DNA of 64,000 bases from Gonapodya sp. JEL0774. Lineage: Eukaryota. The translations under genes were made by a program, and so were the position numbers. The DNA is taken from positions 62,001-126,000 of the forward strand of contig JADIIX010000009.1 of assembly GCA_027604505.1 (NCBI GenBank). The letters run 5' to 3'. This document shows positions 49,492 to 62,200 of this stretch, in pieces; positions within the stretch are counted from its first letter, which is position 1, and every line of letters begins with the position of its first letter. The notes under the pieces are model-generated. The model had not been told where the DNA came from. It worked only from the letters and a program-made list of their open reading frames with translations, and did not search any database.

Positions 49492-52037
49492 TTGTGGCAA
49501 GATATTCGGGGTAGGCAGTCACCATGCCGAAGACCATCGCAGATGCCCGTTGACTTGGTGAACTCGTCGGCATTGAACGGAAATGTTTATCAGCGAGTGT
49601 CTCAAAACAACCCAAGGAAGAGGAGGAACCCAGGACGGGATACTCGGAGGAGGGTTGAGTTTCTCGAAGCGATGCTCTTGCAGAAGAAGGGGCCGCCATC
49701 AGCGAGTGGAATTATCAGCGATACCGCCTCGAAACCCAAAAGATTGAAGCGGAAGGCGCAGCCTGCTCTCGTTGATCGCCTCTCGTCTCCAGAACTGAAC
49801 TCAGCAGAAACCATGACTATGCGTGGGAGTCTTTGCAATATAACGGCACCTACACAGTACTTGGATGGACTTGCGCTTCATGAACATCATCCAGTGCTGG
49901 GAATCACTAGGAGCCTGTCCCTATTTGACGATGTCGGTAAACATTTCCCCATGTCGTCGAAAGCCATTGTGTTCTGAACATGTGTTCATTTTATTCGACG
50001 AAAGATTCCACCTCTTCCGACACAGTATGTCGCGAACCTTCTCATATCCTTGTACTTTGCTCGTGTTCCCGATCACTTCTCATTTGTCCACCCGCACTCC
50101 GTCACCGCCTCAATGAGCGGAATTGACAACCCCGTCGTCGTTGCTATCATGTGTCTCGCTACTGATTTGGATGATTCTCCGGAAATCAGGCGACTGGGTA
50201 TCGAGAGTCTGTTCCCCCGTGTTTCTAGGATGGTCGGAGTTACAGGGGACATTGAAATACCGTTTCCCATCCTGCAAGCTAGATTGCTTGCATTTACATA
50301 TGCAATGAGTGCTGGCTTTGTAGGTTGACAACCGTGGTAGGATGTGAAACTCTCGGTGTTCTTTCTGATTTTGGTGGGATTTTTCAGCTCTCTCCAGCAT
50401 ATGTCTGGCTACTCAGCTTCCCACCCACAGTTCGGTACCTCGGTCTCACAGATGAGCAACGTCTACAACGTCTGCCGTGGCCAGAGTGTGAATCCTGGAG
50501 ACGGACTGCCTGGGTAGCTGCTGTTTGGGATGGCGCATTTGGCATTTATCGAGCCCCCTCTGGTGCTGGAAGTCTTCTGTGCGGAGCAGATGTTGCGACT
50601 TTGGGACTTCCTGTACAGGCGAGGTGTAGTTCTTTCTTGATTTTTTTGGAATATGTTGGTGATGGTGCTGACTGATGCGTTCCCGGTGGGCTGAATTTGG
50701 CGGAATGTTGCTCGCTTAAGCGCCTGGCGCTCAGCGACTCCCCAGGTACCACTTCAGGATAACTTGACATTGAATTCTCTATCTCCTATTACTCTCATGG
50801 ATGCCGGCTACCTCAGCTCGCGATTGCCCGCAATTATGACATCACAGCTTCCTGGACTGGCAGTGTGTGCCTCTGTTATGCACATCCTCTTTCGGGTTAC
50901 TGCGGCTCACCGAAAGTTTGCGGCGCATGGTATATTCGTCTCGTCTATTTGGGATTCGCCTCCTCTCGGCTCAGCGGTAAATGGTCGTTCCAGCACCGAG
51001 GGGCACCCCGGCCGATTGAGAGCATCAATATCCGAACTGGATCAGGAGCTGACATCACATCAAAGTTTGTTAGAAGAAAACTCCTCACAGTTGTCTCATA
51101 ACTATGGTTTATCCGCGAGTTTATGGCTGAAAGCTTACAATGAAGGGATATGGACTGGTAGGTTGGTGAATGATGTGATGCAGTTGGCAATCGCCCTCCG
51201 AAATTCTCTGAAGAAATGGATTCCGCCATTTCATGATGTGGATCCTACAAAATTCTTCCCTTGTGATCTGTCTCGGCATTGCAAATGGCATTCTACCGAA
51301 CAGTCCTATACGGACCTGCCACCATTCTCATCGATATGGCGATCTATCTCATCCTTCGACCACGATGGATGAAGCGGAATCATATCTTGGAGAATCGCGA
51401 GGAGGTGCTCGGTGGGGTGTCTTTTGACTTTGACGAAGGTTTTTTGCGAAAGGTCATCCTGGAATGGGTGGGTACGGTGGTAGCTTACTTTTTGGAAGAT
51501 ATATTCCAGTTGTTGCTTGTTTGTGCGGTTCTCATCAGTTCTTTCTATTCCCTTTCAAAGGCCGCCTCGCCTGCCTTTGTAGCAGCCTTCGAACATGCAA
51601 TGGCAACAGCCCAGACACTGGAGGCCATTGAAGCATATCAAAATGTACAACCAATGAGCTCAAATTGCGCCAGTATGATGCTCTGTACCCGTCGGACAAG
51701 TGGACCGTTAGGAGATCTTGAAGGGCTAATGTAAGACCTGTTTGCCGGTGTTTATTTCATCACATGGACCCTCACCAAAAAAATCTTGTACATATTTTGT
51801 GGACTGACTTGAACAAGCCTTTCCCCCTCCGTCATTGTACTCGTCATTGGTGCGGCAATTACCAAAAGCGCAATCGGGCAGCTTTCCAACAACCCTGAAG
51901 TTGGAATGGGACACCTACTTCGAATGGCAGGCGTAATCATGCGTATGATGGGTGTGGAGGATGAACTGAAACCCGGGTTTTCTTGGGTGGAGGTTATAGT
52001 GGAGTGGGTGAAGGGGAAGCTTGCAGGGGAACGGTAA
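49492..52037 (+). CDS. Putative fungal-specific transcription factor (Fungal_trans-like middle region)
   Basis: Basic RKRRNPGRDTRRRVEFLEAML segment; FVHPHS; ECESWRRTAWVAAVWDGAFGIYRAP resembles the E..RR.FW....D.......GRP motif. Start uncertain. Confidence 0.55.
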
Positions 52038-52169
52038 CTGGGAGCACGACCAACCTTTTTGAGGATTGACAAAACAAGCACATCCTCCATTTTCATAGTA
52101 TATAATTATCTTGCCACAATTGCTTGATATTACCACAGGGTAGCGATTTCTTCACCGCTTTTCACTTGT

Positions 52170-55100
52170 ATGAATAATGAGTCAACAATTATGGACGAAG
52201 AGAGGCCCAGCATGGCCGTGGGCAGGTGCAGATCGGGTGTAATGCCCACTCACTTCGGGCTCGCGACAAGCCTTCATGAATTCAGATAAGAAGAGGATCA
52301 CAGTGACTTGTAGGTCTACCTCTTAAGATTCCTCTTTCCCCTGTTTTCTCTCTGAGTTCTTGTGGTCCTCGATGTTTCCCTGCTGCCGGTCTCTTTGGTC
52401 GGTCTTCAGACACCGATGAAACAGGACAAATCTGGCCACATGTCTCTGAGGGATTGAACACACGGTTGCCGTTGACAAATGTTCAATGGAGGAACCCGTT
52501 GCGGGGACCGCAATCTCCGCTGCGAACCATACCAGCAATCGAGCTTGAATTCAAAAAGTTCACGCCTGATATCTTCCCGCGGAATATGCCCATGATGAGC
52601 ACACACTTTTTGGGACCTCTGCTGCATTTGTACCTTGTTTCGGTAGAGGTTCGTCGGAGCAAGAGGTGCTGTGTGTCGTGTTTCTAAATGGGTGTCTCGG
52701 ATCGAAAAGGACGCGGACATCTACCGGCAGACTTCCAAGAAACAAATACAGGAGTGGCTAAGCTCTATCAATCAACGCAAGAATCAGGAGTGGTTGATTG
52801 TTTACGTCACCTCAGGGGAGGCATCCTCAAAGACATCAACGGCAGCCAAATTCCTTTCAATGAAATCGACTATGTACGATAAACTCAAACAGGACTTTAA
52901 TGTCAAGAAAGATCGGTGGGCAAGCGTGGATGCTGGCACCCGTGGTGCTTGATGCGTTCCGGCTGAAAATCTAATCGGCTCTGTTTAACCATCTTGTGGC
53001 TCAGAGTGACACAACTTCAACGTAACGTTGCTTCTTCAAAGGATGCTGCTGATTCATGGAATGAGCTACTTTTGAAGATGAATGATGGTATCCTCACTTG
53101 CTTCAATAATATGCTCCTTCAAGCGGACGAGGATGTGAAGCGAATTGAAGGGCAGAGTAACTTACCGGGATGGAACTACTGTCAGCTTTTTGTCATGAAG
53201 GTCCTCTAGTCCACCGATTATTGTCATTCTTCGCGGATCTCTAACGTTTGTGTAACTATGCTAGGAAGGTCTTGCATTCTCGTACGAGCTCATAAATGTC
53301 ATTGACGAAGCTTTGAACATCTATGACGAACTAGAGAGATCTTTTTTCGATAATCTTGGTATGCGAGATGTTCCAAAATTTGGACTGCAAGGCGGAGAAA
53401 TGTTATTCTTGGTTTGATAGCGACCCAAGGACTTCAATTCTTCAAGGACTTCGGTGGCCGGGCTCCGGGTGATGATTCGGTGGATCCTCTCACTGTCAAA
53501 CGAAAGCCATACCGTGATATGATTCTGGCCAACGATATCACCATATTTGATTTTAGAATGTACCTCTTCGGGCGACAATGTCTCTTGGCGATGAAGCTGA
53601 ATCGTCCTACCGAAGCGTGTGAAAGAGCCAGGGGCTTCGTGGTCGCATTCTCTCGGACTCTCAAAGACTACGAGGTCCGTCCCGCGCATTCCATCCCTCG
53701 CTTTCAGTCCCATGACGTTGTCTGTCCTACGTAGACAGCTCTTGTGCCGCACTTTCGAGTTTCCTGGGCTTTCACTTGCTGTCAAAGTGTTGTTACTCAG
53801 TGCGAAGAGCTGGTTGCAGTGAACCGCTTCTCGTCACAAACTGTTCAAGAATACGAGGCGGCGAAAGCCGAGCTTTTACATGTGGCACGGCTGCAGGTGA
53901 ATTGATACTGTCACCGTTTTGTATATGTCGGGGGTGGTGGGTACGTCCGATTAGCTCAAGGTCTCATGTTTTTGCTGATTGCCGATCAAGCTCGACAAGA
54001 TCGGACTTCTCTGCGGGTTTCTGGCGCCTTCTGTACTCTCAACACCTTCCGCAGAGCAGCTGAAACTTGCTGAGAACGCTCCCGATCGAGCGAATGAGCT
54101 GAACACTATTTCAAACGTGGAGCTCAGAGCTGCAATGGCGACCATGGATGGATTTGATTCTCTATACATTGTTCGTTCCATTTCTATTTTGCCTGTTGCC
54201 TCGCTACAATCCACGCATTCATCTTTGGCTCCAGAAACTCTGTCAAAGGGCTGCACGCTCTTTAGAGATCAGTAAGAGGTATCGAACCATGCATCTCGTG
54301 AAAGGGGATATCGCTTTGCTACATTTGTGGGTGAATTTGGCGGGCAATCCTGGGATTATGGATTATTGAACTCTTGTATCCGCTTGTTTACTTGCCGCAG
54401 TCACCGGAACCGCTTCTCGATTGCTGGTGAATTGCTGGAGCACATGTGCACTGGCTATTCCACCAGTGGATGGTCCGTCATCGAAGCGACCCTTCTTGAG
54501 AAACTTGCAATTTGCCAAAAGGAAACGAAACAGTATGCAAAGTACCTGATGAGCTGTCTGAGCTTGACGGAACTTGGAACGATCAAAGTGCTTCCAAAGG
54601 ATCGTATGGAGTTTTACCAAATGGAGACAGAAAAGTTCAGTGGGATGATGGAAGAGGGTAAGACGACGCGAAATCGTTTTGGTGAAGACTCTTGGTGAAT
54701 TCGAGACTTTTAGAAATTACGAGCACTCTTGTCGAGGACTCGGATGACGTTTTATTTAAAGTTTCCGTGACCTCATTCACGGAAAATGTAGGAGATGATG
54801 ATGGGACCAGCGCAGGGGTTGTGGTATTAAGTTCCCTTCCAAAGGTGATCCAGCCGCGAAAAAGTCGGTGTTGGAAACTTGGCTCAACACTGCCACCCGT
54901 ACTTTTATTTGCAGGATTTCACTTTTGATAGTGTTTCGATGTCATTGACAGCATCGAACCAAGACCCAATGCTCTTTACGTGTGGGAAGGTGACATTAAA
55001 GCCTGGTCGAAATGCCTTCACAGTGCAGTCTGAGCGGGTACCCCTGCCAGGAGAATTTGTCGTGAACCAAGTGCTTCTGAGGCTTGGGAAACTTACATTT

Positions 55101-57161
55101 TTGTCGGACTTTGGTAAACACCCTCAGCCGACTTCGTTTGTTATCGAGGAAAGCCCGATGTACCTATGGGCAATGGTTGGGTTACCAGACACGGGGTTTT
55201 TCGGAGAGACTCCAGCAGAAATTTTGGTGCGAATTTTCACGCGAACGAATAACATTAAAGACGGCACTTTGAGGATGGACTTTAAGCCGATTGGGGCAAT
55301 TGGCCGGGTGGGACAAGTGGTCGCCCGGATATCACCGGAGGAAGGTAAGAGACGCGAGGGAGGTGCTCGAACCGAATTGAAATCCTTGTTTTTGTTTTCG
55401 AGATAGACCCTGCCTCGATAAAAGAAGTAATGCTGGACGTAGCTGATGGTGTCATTTCACTTCCAACTTGTGGGGAGCAATCCGTCGTCGATATACTAGT
55501 GCCCTTTGAGGCCGGTGAAATTCTTCCCCAAGACATCGAGGTAAGGGACACATGGATGGATTATCTGGATTATCGTGAACGTAACCAACAGCGGTGGCAA
55601 TGTTCTGCTATCAGTTTTCTGTTAAAACGACCGTCATCTACGTCCTTAATGATGGTAGACGAAGAGTCCAAGCGTTCAAGGATTCTTTGCAATTGGCCAT
55701 GCCAATGGATATCACTAAAAGCAGCCTAATTGACGAGGACGGGTGGGTTGCTTGCTGATACGAACACGTGCATACTTAAAATTGACAGGATACACCCGTT
55801 CTTGGATGACTTCAAGCGCGTTTTTGGATGTTGCGATCACAAATGTGAACGTCATACCTGTGCGGATAACCGGGGCAGTGTTCTCTGGTCTGGGAGAGTC
55901 GTGCGAGGAGTTTGGTTTACCGAATGAGAAGGCGAGTGCTTGAGAGCGGCTTACGATAATTATCCGCCCAGATTAAAACAAGGCGGTGTTGTGTTCTGTT
56001 AATGCTTAGACCACCCTGCAATATGGACAGACGTGTAGACTGTCTTGTCGTGTGTTTGCGAATGAGGCGGCGCGACGTAATGGCCTCGAGGGAAGACTCA
56101 GCATCCGCTACCATTTTGCGCATGAAGGCAGGTTCAGTGCAGTGCGCCAATCCTCGTGCATACACCTTTCTCATCCGCATTCTATAGAGGTCGAAACTTT
56201 TCTCATCCGCACCCTTCATAAATTGCTTGCTAAACATGACTCTCAACACTATTCGGGTTACTTTGCTGCCCTTGCGATAAGGGGGGTACTCAACGCAGTC
56301 GATTATGATTCATACGTCACGACAGATCGAATAGTCTTTCCTGGTTGGGACCCTGAGGAGTGTGCGAGGGAGCTTGCCAGGGAACCCGAAGGAGCGAAGG
56401 AGAGGGCACGACTAGTTGCGGAAGAGTTGTTAGAGGTAAGCCTTGCAGCTGCTAAATGACTAATCCAGCTTGTGGAGGACAGCTGATCACAATTGGCAGA
56501 TTTGTAGGTCAGCAGGATATAAGGATATTGTGGCTTCCTCTCGGTTGAGATCCAAGATGCTATCCACGGACTTGATGGTGCAATTTGGAAAAGTATGTTC
56601 TCATAGTGGGGCGATCACCGGGTGATTTCTGCCATCTTTGATAGCGATCTTTCCACGCACGGTCCGCTGTGTTGCGGTTCTGGTGCTCCCTCTCTCCACA
56701 GTCTACCGTTTCTGTTCAATTGCTTTTAGACTCTATATCAGCAGAGATCGGTCAAGCCATTCCGTGCCATCTCGAGGTCCGAGTGCTTGGCAACCTCGCA
56801 GCTGCAGCAGAGGGCAGCGGTACCATGTCCCTTTCCTACGAGGTCCTTCAAGACGGTGAAAATTGGGTCGTTCAAGGGTGGCGGAAGAGGGGAGTTGAAT
56901 TGCATGTGAGTAGTTAATCGGTTTGTCGCTTGGGGCAGTTTCGAATTAACATTCGAGTTCGTTCACATATCAACCACTCATGACTAGCCCGCCCAACCAG
57001 CCACCGTACCTCTGATGCTTCTTCCTCTACGGTCGGGCTCGTTAACGCTCCCTACTGTGTTGGTCCGTGCAGATGGAGCGGATGACGTAGATGTAGTCAG
57101 GCCTCGGCAAGGAGAACAGGTTATTGTCATGCCGAGGAGGGCTGCGGATTGGTTTTTATAG
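52170..57161 (+). CDS. TRS130: TRAPP II subunit Trs130/TRAPPC10
   Basis: RLPLTNVQW, PLLHLYLV, QEWLIVYV, DKLKQDFN, PGWNYCQLFVMK|EGLAFSYE...EALNIYDEL, ITIFDFRMYLFGRQ, NWVVQGWRK, LLPLRSGSLTLP. Confidence 0.93.
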
Positions 57162-57329
57162 TGTGTAGTGGAATACATACTATGCATTTTCAATGGATCA
57201 TTTGCCTGCCTCCCATAGACTCTCGTAAAAAGGGAAGTTAGGACCCGAAAAGGAAAGAAAATGTATTCAAGGCGGTCATGCTCTCATCATACCGTCACAA
57301 GCTGATGGAATTCCCACCACTACCTATTA

Positions 57330-58109
57330 CCGCGAAGGTTTCCTTCCTCCTTGGCAACTTCGTGGATAATATCGTCATCAGGTTGACCTTTCTGACCCTC
57401 TTCAATAGCAAGGCCCTCACTACAACGAGGGAGTTGCGACAGTCTTATGAACGAAAAGAACCTAAAATTTGCAATTCGAAGCCGTCACAAACCTGACCAC
57501 GCTCTCCAGATCCAGTTTCTTGCCAGTACGTTTCTCGTGAATGTCAGACGCCTTTCGAGCAGATTCAAGCCTTCAATGTGGACGGTTGAGTAAAGATCGA
57601 ACAGTGGCATGTTTGGCCACTTCGTGGATGATTCCATACCTGGCGTCCTGAGTTCTATCACCACGATGCGCAGCGGCAAGAAAAGAGCGTTCCTACGTTG
57701 GCAAGGAATGTGAGATCAAGAGTAAGGTGAGTGTGGGTAAACTGTACGGCCAAACGTGCAGATCACACCTGGTTCTCTTCGTGGGCTTAAAGAAGGCCGG
57801 CAAATTGAATGCATGCAAAGGTGCGTTCACGTCAGGTTAGGGGGGTGAACATGGATTAGTAAAGTAGACGTTTGTACGGTGGCATCAACGACAAAACATC
57901 AATATGAACTTGAGATCGGCCCTTACAGCCAAAGAAATTTCGTCAACTAGTGCGAGAACTCAACACACGCAAGAAATTTCGTGTTTTAGTCCTGTCCACC
58001 ATCACCCGATGAACTCAGAACTGTGAAAACACTCTAATGTGCAGTTGGTGTGATTGAGGAGCAAAAAGTGACTGTACCCACAGCGCTCATGATGGGCCTG
58101 CTCGGACAT
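57330..58109 (-). CDS. Small multi-exon protein with an uncharacterised fungal motif (ENQER..AA.R.DR...AR.ESAR.AS.IH..RTG)
   Basis: Spliced exons give HEENQ|ERSFLAAAHRGDRTQDAR|LESARKASDIHEKRTGKKLDLESVV. Both termini uncertain. Confidence 0.65.
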
Positions 58110-58599
58110 GATAAGCGAGACTTGTCGGAAGGTGAAGTGTGTGTGGAATGATGTAGTGCCGAAAGACACGTCATTCATATGCATTTTGTATCCACACAGA
58201 AGTGTCAGAATCCCCTATGAATTCAGACCCAGCCAGATGAAGATTTCACAAGACGTTTTCTACTTATTATTTGTTGTCGTTCATTCAGTATTGTATTCCC
58301 GGACCGGAAACCTAACAAGTGTTTGAATGCAGTGCGATTGAGTACTGTAAACTGTCTACAGATCCAGCCGAGATTTTTTCTCGTGCTCTACTGATTTAGT
58401 TCCTTCTTTTGTGTGATCTCGAGGCACCCGATGATAACAGTGGTCTGCATGCCAACAGCATGCTCGGCCTTTGTACTGGTCGATAAATGAGCCCAGTAAT
58501 CGAAAAATGATTGTCTTCTGTTGTAGATGGATACATTGTCTGCAACGCCAAATCGCAACTGAACTGCGTTTTACGGCAACAACCGCCTGAATTCGCACG

Positions 58600-59181
58600 T
58601 TTACTGAATTCCAGATCAGGGAGCATTGGGGAGTTCGTCGATGCCGGCATCAGAAAGTCTCTACTCAGCAATAGGGGCACCGCAGAAACTACAAGCCTCA
58701 GCTGGCCTTGTGGAAGATATTTTGTGGTTCACGAGTTCCTTCTGAGTATTTGAATTTGTGCATCCAAGTTTGTTGGAGGTGCAGTGGTGGTGCAGTGGTC
58801 GTAGACAGACAGAGCTGGCCACTGCCCGACGAAGTCGCACCAACATAGTTCCGGCGACATATGCAGCAACATGGAACGCGGCCGCCGCCCATTTATATCG
58901 GGAAAGATGCCAACTGGAGGTGAGAGAAATTGCGAGGGCCTGCAAATTGGTGACGGTTTGCATACGGTAGACAAGGAGTCCTTCTTGGGACGATCTCTTC
59001 TGAGAATATCGACAAAGAGACAAGCGCGTGGGAACAATTTGCCAGTCAGGACTTTTCTTGTTGTTGTTTCCATACATCTTCCTTTTACTTTCTCTGTTTA
59101 TGCTTGGTTCTCAGCCTGGAGGACAGAGAGGATGACTCCACTACGCGTGTGGGGAGGACGAACGGGAATGGGATACACCAT
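58600..59181 (-). CDS. Possible small membrane protein gene (structure unresolved)
   Basis: Spliceable fragments EIVPRRTPCLP|WHLSRYKWAAAAFHVAAYVAGTML and FKYSEGTREPQNIFHK. Boundaries are guesses. Confidence 0.25.
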
Positions 59182-59269
59182 TGTCAAGATATGCTCCTCT
59201 TCCTATTTTCTTAACCCCTACTGCTCATGCTAATCCGTCTAATCCTGAAATCGCACCAATTCCCATTGA

Positions 59270-62200
59270 TTGAATGAAGTTCGCTCTGGCGTTCGACCCG
59301 CATTCTCTTCAGCCCCTGCTGCCCCAAAACCAGTTGATTTGCCTTCTATGAAAAAGCAGTCGTCCACACTTGACGCTTCGGCCCTGGTTGCAACTCCTCA
59401 ACCCTCCACTACACCGTCTTCTTCCACCGGTTCCGCCTGGGCTGCCCTCCCCGCTCCACTGCCACCCTCCTCCAGCACACTTAGTGCTATGGGACCGTCG
59501 CTTACGGATGCGGGTAGCACTGGCCCTGTGGTTGCTGCCGTAGGGGCGAGGAGTCATGGTCAGCCACCCGCTCCGTGGGGCGGCGCTCGAGTGGGTGTGG
59601 CGCCAAATCCAGAGTTCCCGTCTGCAGTAGAATTGTTGAAGGGAAATCTCACGAGAAGTGGTGCGTGTTTTCATGAGGATAGAGTGTGCAAGCTTGCGCG
59701 TCCTTGCACAGACCGTTGATGGTCAGTGCATTTAGCTTGGTCGGCTATTACCGGAACGAAAATGCCTTTCACTCATTGAGCAGACTCATTATCAGTGATA
59801 GCAGGATGGGACGACAGAAGTTTGCTGAAGTGCCATCCCAACAGCGGGGAGGACCAGTGAAGACACCACAAGATCTGCTGGCATTGGCTCAATATTCGCC
59901 GTGGCTGAGGAGGGGTTTGAGACAAGCGGAGTGCTCTGTGCACATGCATATCTCTACTGAACAATAATGAACCTCCTGCACTTTAAAGTGCACGAGCAAG
60001 GGACAACATTGCATCCTCAACCAATCGCTAGAATGGCAGAATGTCTTCTTTTATTCACTCACCCATTCCTCCCCCCAATTCCTCTCTGTCCGCATCCACA
60101 ATCTTACTGCGCGAATTCGTAACCGTAATTTCTGAAACCAATAAATTAAGATACCCGACTCACACCGCAGAATATGGGTGCTTGGCAGCGAGGGGCGGAA
60201 GGGGCGCGGTGAGTAACAGCACTGGGAGAATGTTAAACTCCTGCAGGGTGGATGTTGACAATGGCGACCAGAAGGGTGGAACTGCACAGTAAGACTTGAG
60301 TTATGTACGAGGGACGAATAACCTCTCCTCGGTCGTTTTTGAGTTTAGGAAGGTGTTGGAAACAAGAAATTGTGTCACACTGTATTTCTGAGCGTGGAAT
60401 GTTGGCACGACGTGCCATGGCAAAGAATTCCGTTAGGGTGACCTCCATTTCCTATCTTCCGCACGTCCCGTAACTAGGCCACCCTCTCCCGCCGTTCTAA
60501 CTGCTAAACCTGACTTGCCCCCCCCCCTTCCACCCACTCGGCACCCGTCCTCATCTCTCGCCTTGGGTATGGACCCTCACGATACGACATGGATTGACGA
60601 CGAGGAAATGGATTTTTCGCAGGTACCAGTATTTGACGAGGACGGAAATTTGAGGGTGGTGGGTCATGCAGAGGTATCTAGCTTCGGGGTAGAAGAAGTT
60701 TCCACGGGGAGTGATGTAGACGACAGTCGAAAGGAGAAAGAGATTCACAGCGAGAATGAAAAGGATGATGGCCGGACGACTGGCGGCAGGGAAGTACAGC
60801 GGTCTGCACCTTCTGGGACGGGGATCGTTCTTTCTTCGTCGACCGCACACCCACTCCATGGAGGCAAAGTGCGATCTCCGTCTTCGGATAAGCCCATCAC
60901 ACACTCCAGCCAGCAACAGCAGCCTTCGCATTCGCACGGTAGCAGTAATGCAACTGGGAGTATGATTACGGGCCCAGGCATGGCGTGGCGGAGGCCTTCG
61001 ATTCCCAAGGTCGACGAGGAAGTACATATGCACGGACAATCACACATGCACAATAACGCGGGCTACCACGAACTGGGAGGTGACGGGGGGTATGGGAGCT
61101 TGCGAAGACCATCTGATGATGGTCGGAGGGGTTTCGGACACGGGGGTACTGGTAATGGAGTGATTGAGAGAGACGCGCGTTTCCGCAGGGACGAGAGGGA
61201 CAGCAGGTGGGCGGCACATCCGCCCACGGTTTTGCAGAGACATCCTGTCGCGGCAGTGCCTGGAGTGGCAGCCTCTGGGACGGACGCACTTGGGATGCAT
61301 GGGCATGGACACGGATACGAAGGTGTAGGGGAGGACAGGCAAGGTGGACGATTTTACTCTCCGGTCGCTGCCGGAACAGTGTCTGTTGGCGGAGGTGCAC
61401 CAGGACAGGTGCACAACCCGGTTGGTGGGCGTTTTTATAATCCAGGGGCTGGTGCAAGTGTTAACCCGCCACCCGGCATTGGGGAAGGGAGGAAACAACT
61501 TGCAGCTGGTGGGAGCACGGCTATGGGAATCGGAGGGGGACTAGCAGGACCCTGGGGGAAGTCAAGAGAACAGGAAAGAAAGACGCACGGGGACAGTGGG
61601 GACTGGGATCACCAGATGGAAGATGAGCGAACAGAGATACCTTCTCGGGGTGCCCATCCACCGACTGCAGTTGCGGGGTCCTCCTCTGCCACTTCAGTAC
61701 CCAACCGATCTGGTCTTCATACCCTGCACCAAAATCCTGCTGTTCCTATCATGGACACTCATGCTGCCATGTCGGCAGTTGTAGAGGCCGCACGTCGTCG
61801 AAAGGAGGAAGAAATGCGAAGGGAAAGGGAGGAGAGTGAGCGGGCAAGGAGAGAGCGATTGAGGGAATTTGAAGAAAGAGTGGGGAGAGCGAAGCGAGAC
61901 GAGGAGTCCAGAGAGAGCGAGAAGAATGATGTAATCGTGCGGAAGGAAGACACGGTGGGTGCTTTTGGTAAAGTATTAGGACCAAGATCTGGGCTCAGTG
62001 AGACATGTGGTTCTGTGTCTGAAAGGTACCTTCACCGGCCCCCGCGCTGACTCCGACAGAGCAAGCAGTTCGAACGAAGTCTCACATTGGAGCACCCCCA
62101 ACCGTGTCAACCGCAGCTACCACTCCGTCAGCTCTCTCTCCCGCGGACGCCGCAGTACAATCACCCGTGGATAGGCGGGTCACCCAACAGCCTCCAAATT

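Noticed and set aside
10506..57161. Trafficking 'cluster' (SEC6, TFG, SEC31, TRS130)
   Set aside because: Scattered over 47 kb among unrelated genes; compatible with chance.
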